NCBI GenBank assembly: GCA_964016885.1
Contig: OZ024756.1
Location: 9,176,001-9,240,000 of the forward strand
Origin: Eledone cirrhosa
Taxonomy: Eukaryota
DNA: 64,000 bases
Direction: 5' to 3'
Below are positions 63,245 to 64,000 of the stretch, piece after piece. The translations under genes and the position numbers were made by a program. The notes beneath the pieces are model-generated. The model had not been told where the DNA came from. It saw only the letters and a program-made list of their open reading frames with translations, and did not search any database. Position 1 is the first letter of the stretch. Every line of letters begins with the position of its first letter.

Positions 63245-64000
63245 TCATCATCATCAACGTTTAACGTCCATCTTCCACGCTAGCATGGGTTTAGACGGGA
63301 GTTGTCCCACTTGAGGCAAGGTTGGTCGGGTGATGGTGTCTCGCTCGTATAGGACTGTCTGGCAGATTTTCTACGGCTGGATGCCCTTCCTAACACCAAC
63401 CACATTTACAGTGTGGACTGGGAGGTTTTTACCGTGTTACCTACATACACACATTACAGCGTGGACTGTGTTTTATTTCTCGTGACACCTACACAACCTC
63501 ATTTGTTTCGGACTAGATGTTGTGGTACCAACATAACTTTACAGAGGAAGGGTGGTGTTGGTGGGTGTGAGGGTAGTGGGATGGGGGTGTATATTTCTGA
63601 CTGTAAGTTTCGCTTTGTACTTAGGCAAGGGAGGTCTTCTGTATTACTGCATAGCGCCAAAGATCTCAGTCCAGTGACATTGTCTTAGAGAGGTGTAAGT
63701 GTGTAAGGTCGGAATTTATCAAATCGTCCCAGGTTTTTCTGGGTCTGCCTATTCCGTAACTTCCATCAATTTTGATCGCCCTGCACTTTTTTATACAGCT
63801 GTCGTCTTTCATGCACATCACGTGACCATACCAATGTAGTCTTCTTTTGAGTAAACAGCATCTGATCCCTCTTATTCCTAATTTCTCACTTAGTTCACTT
63901 ATGCTTTGCCGTTCACGTATATTACTATTACACATCCACCGGAGCATGCAAGTTTCATTCCTCTCCAGTCTGCGCAGATCCTCTGCACACAATGCCCATG
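63244..64000 (-). mobile_element. RTE LINE 3' part (runs off the window)
   Basis: Near-identical to 51015-51770. Confidence 0.88.

Overview
Eukaryotic, AT-rich, repeat-dominated animal DNA. The repeat repertoire suggests a mollusc, probably an octopus or other coleoid cephalopod (inference). Two intron-containing genes lie head-to-head. SEH1L (nucleoporin/GATOR2 WD40 protein) is on the - strand, with 10 coding exons I reconstructed by hand (25938->2808, all GT-AG, phases consistent, 365 aa). A NEURL2-like gene (NHR/Neuralized domain + SOCS box) is on the + strand, with 2 coding exons (32530-44709, 264 aa). The rest is mostly transposable-element DNA: RTE-clade LINE pieces (one ~2.8 kb copy has a PHD-like finger inside ORF2), modular tRNA-derived SINEs, TTAA piggyBac-type, hAT and Tc2-like MITEs, a DD37D maT transposon, a Helitron remnant, a Gypsy element with a 32-nt tRNA-Trp PBS, Penelope-like RT remnants and many minisatellites grown from TE parts. 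The most notable unannotated signal is at least three to four distinct families of minimal type-I hammerhead-ribozyme-like motifs, some multi-copy with compensatory changes and one with an unusually long stem II insert. Most long ORFs in the ORF track are tandem-repeat artefacts.
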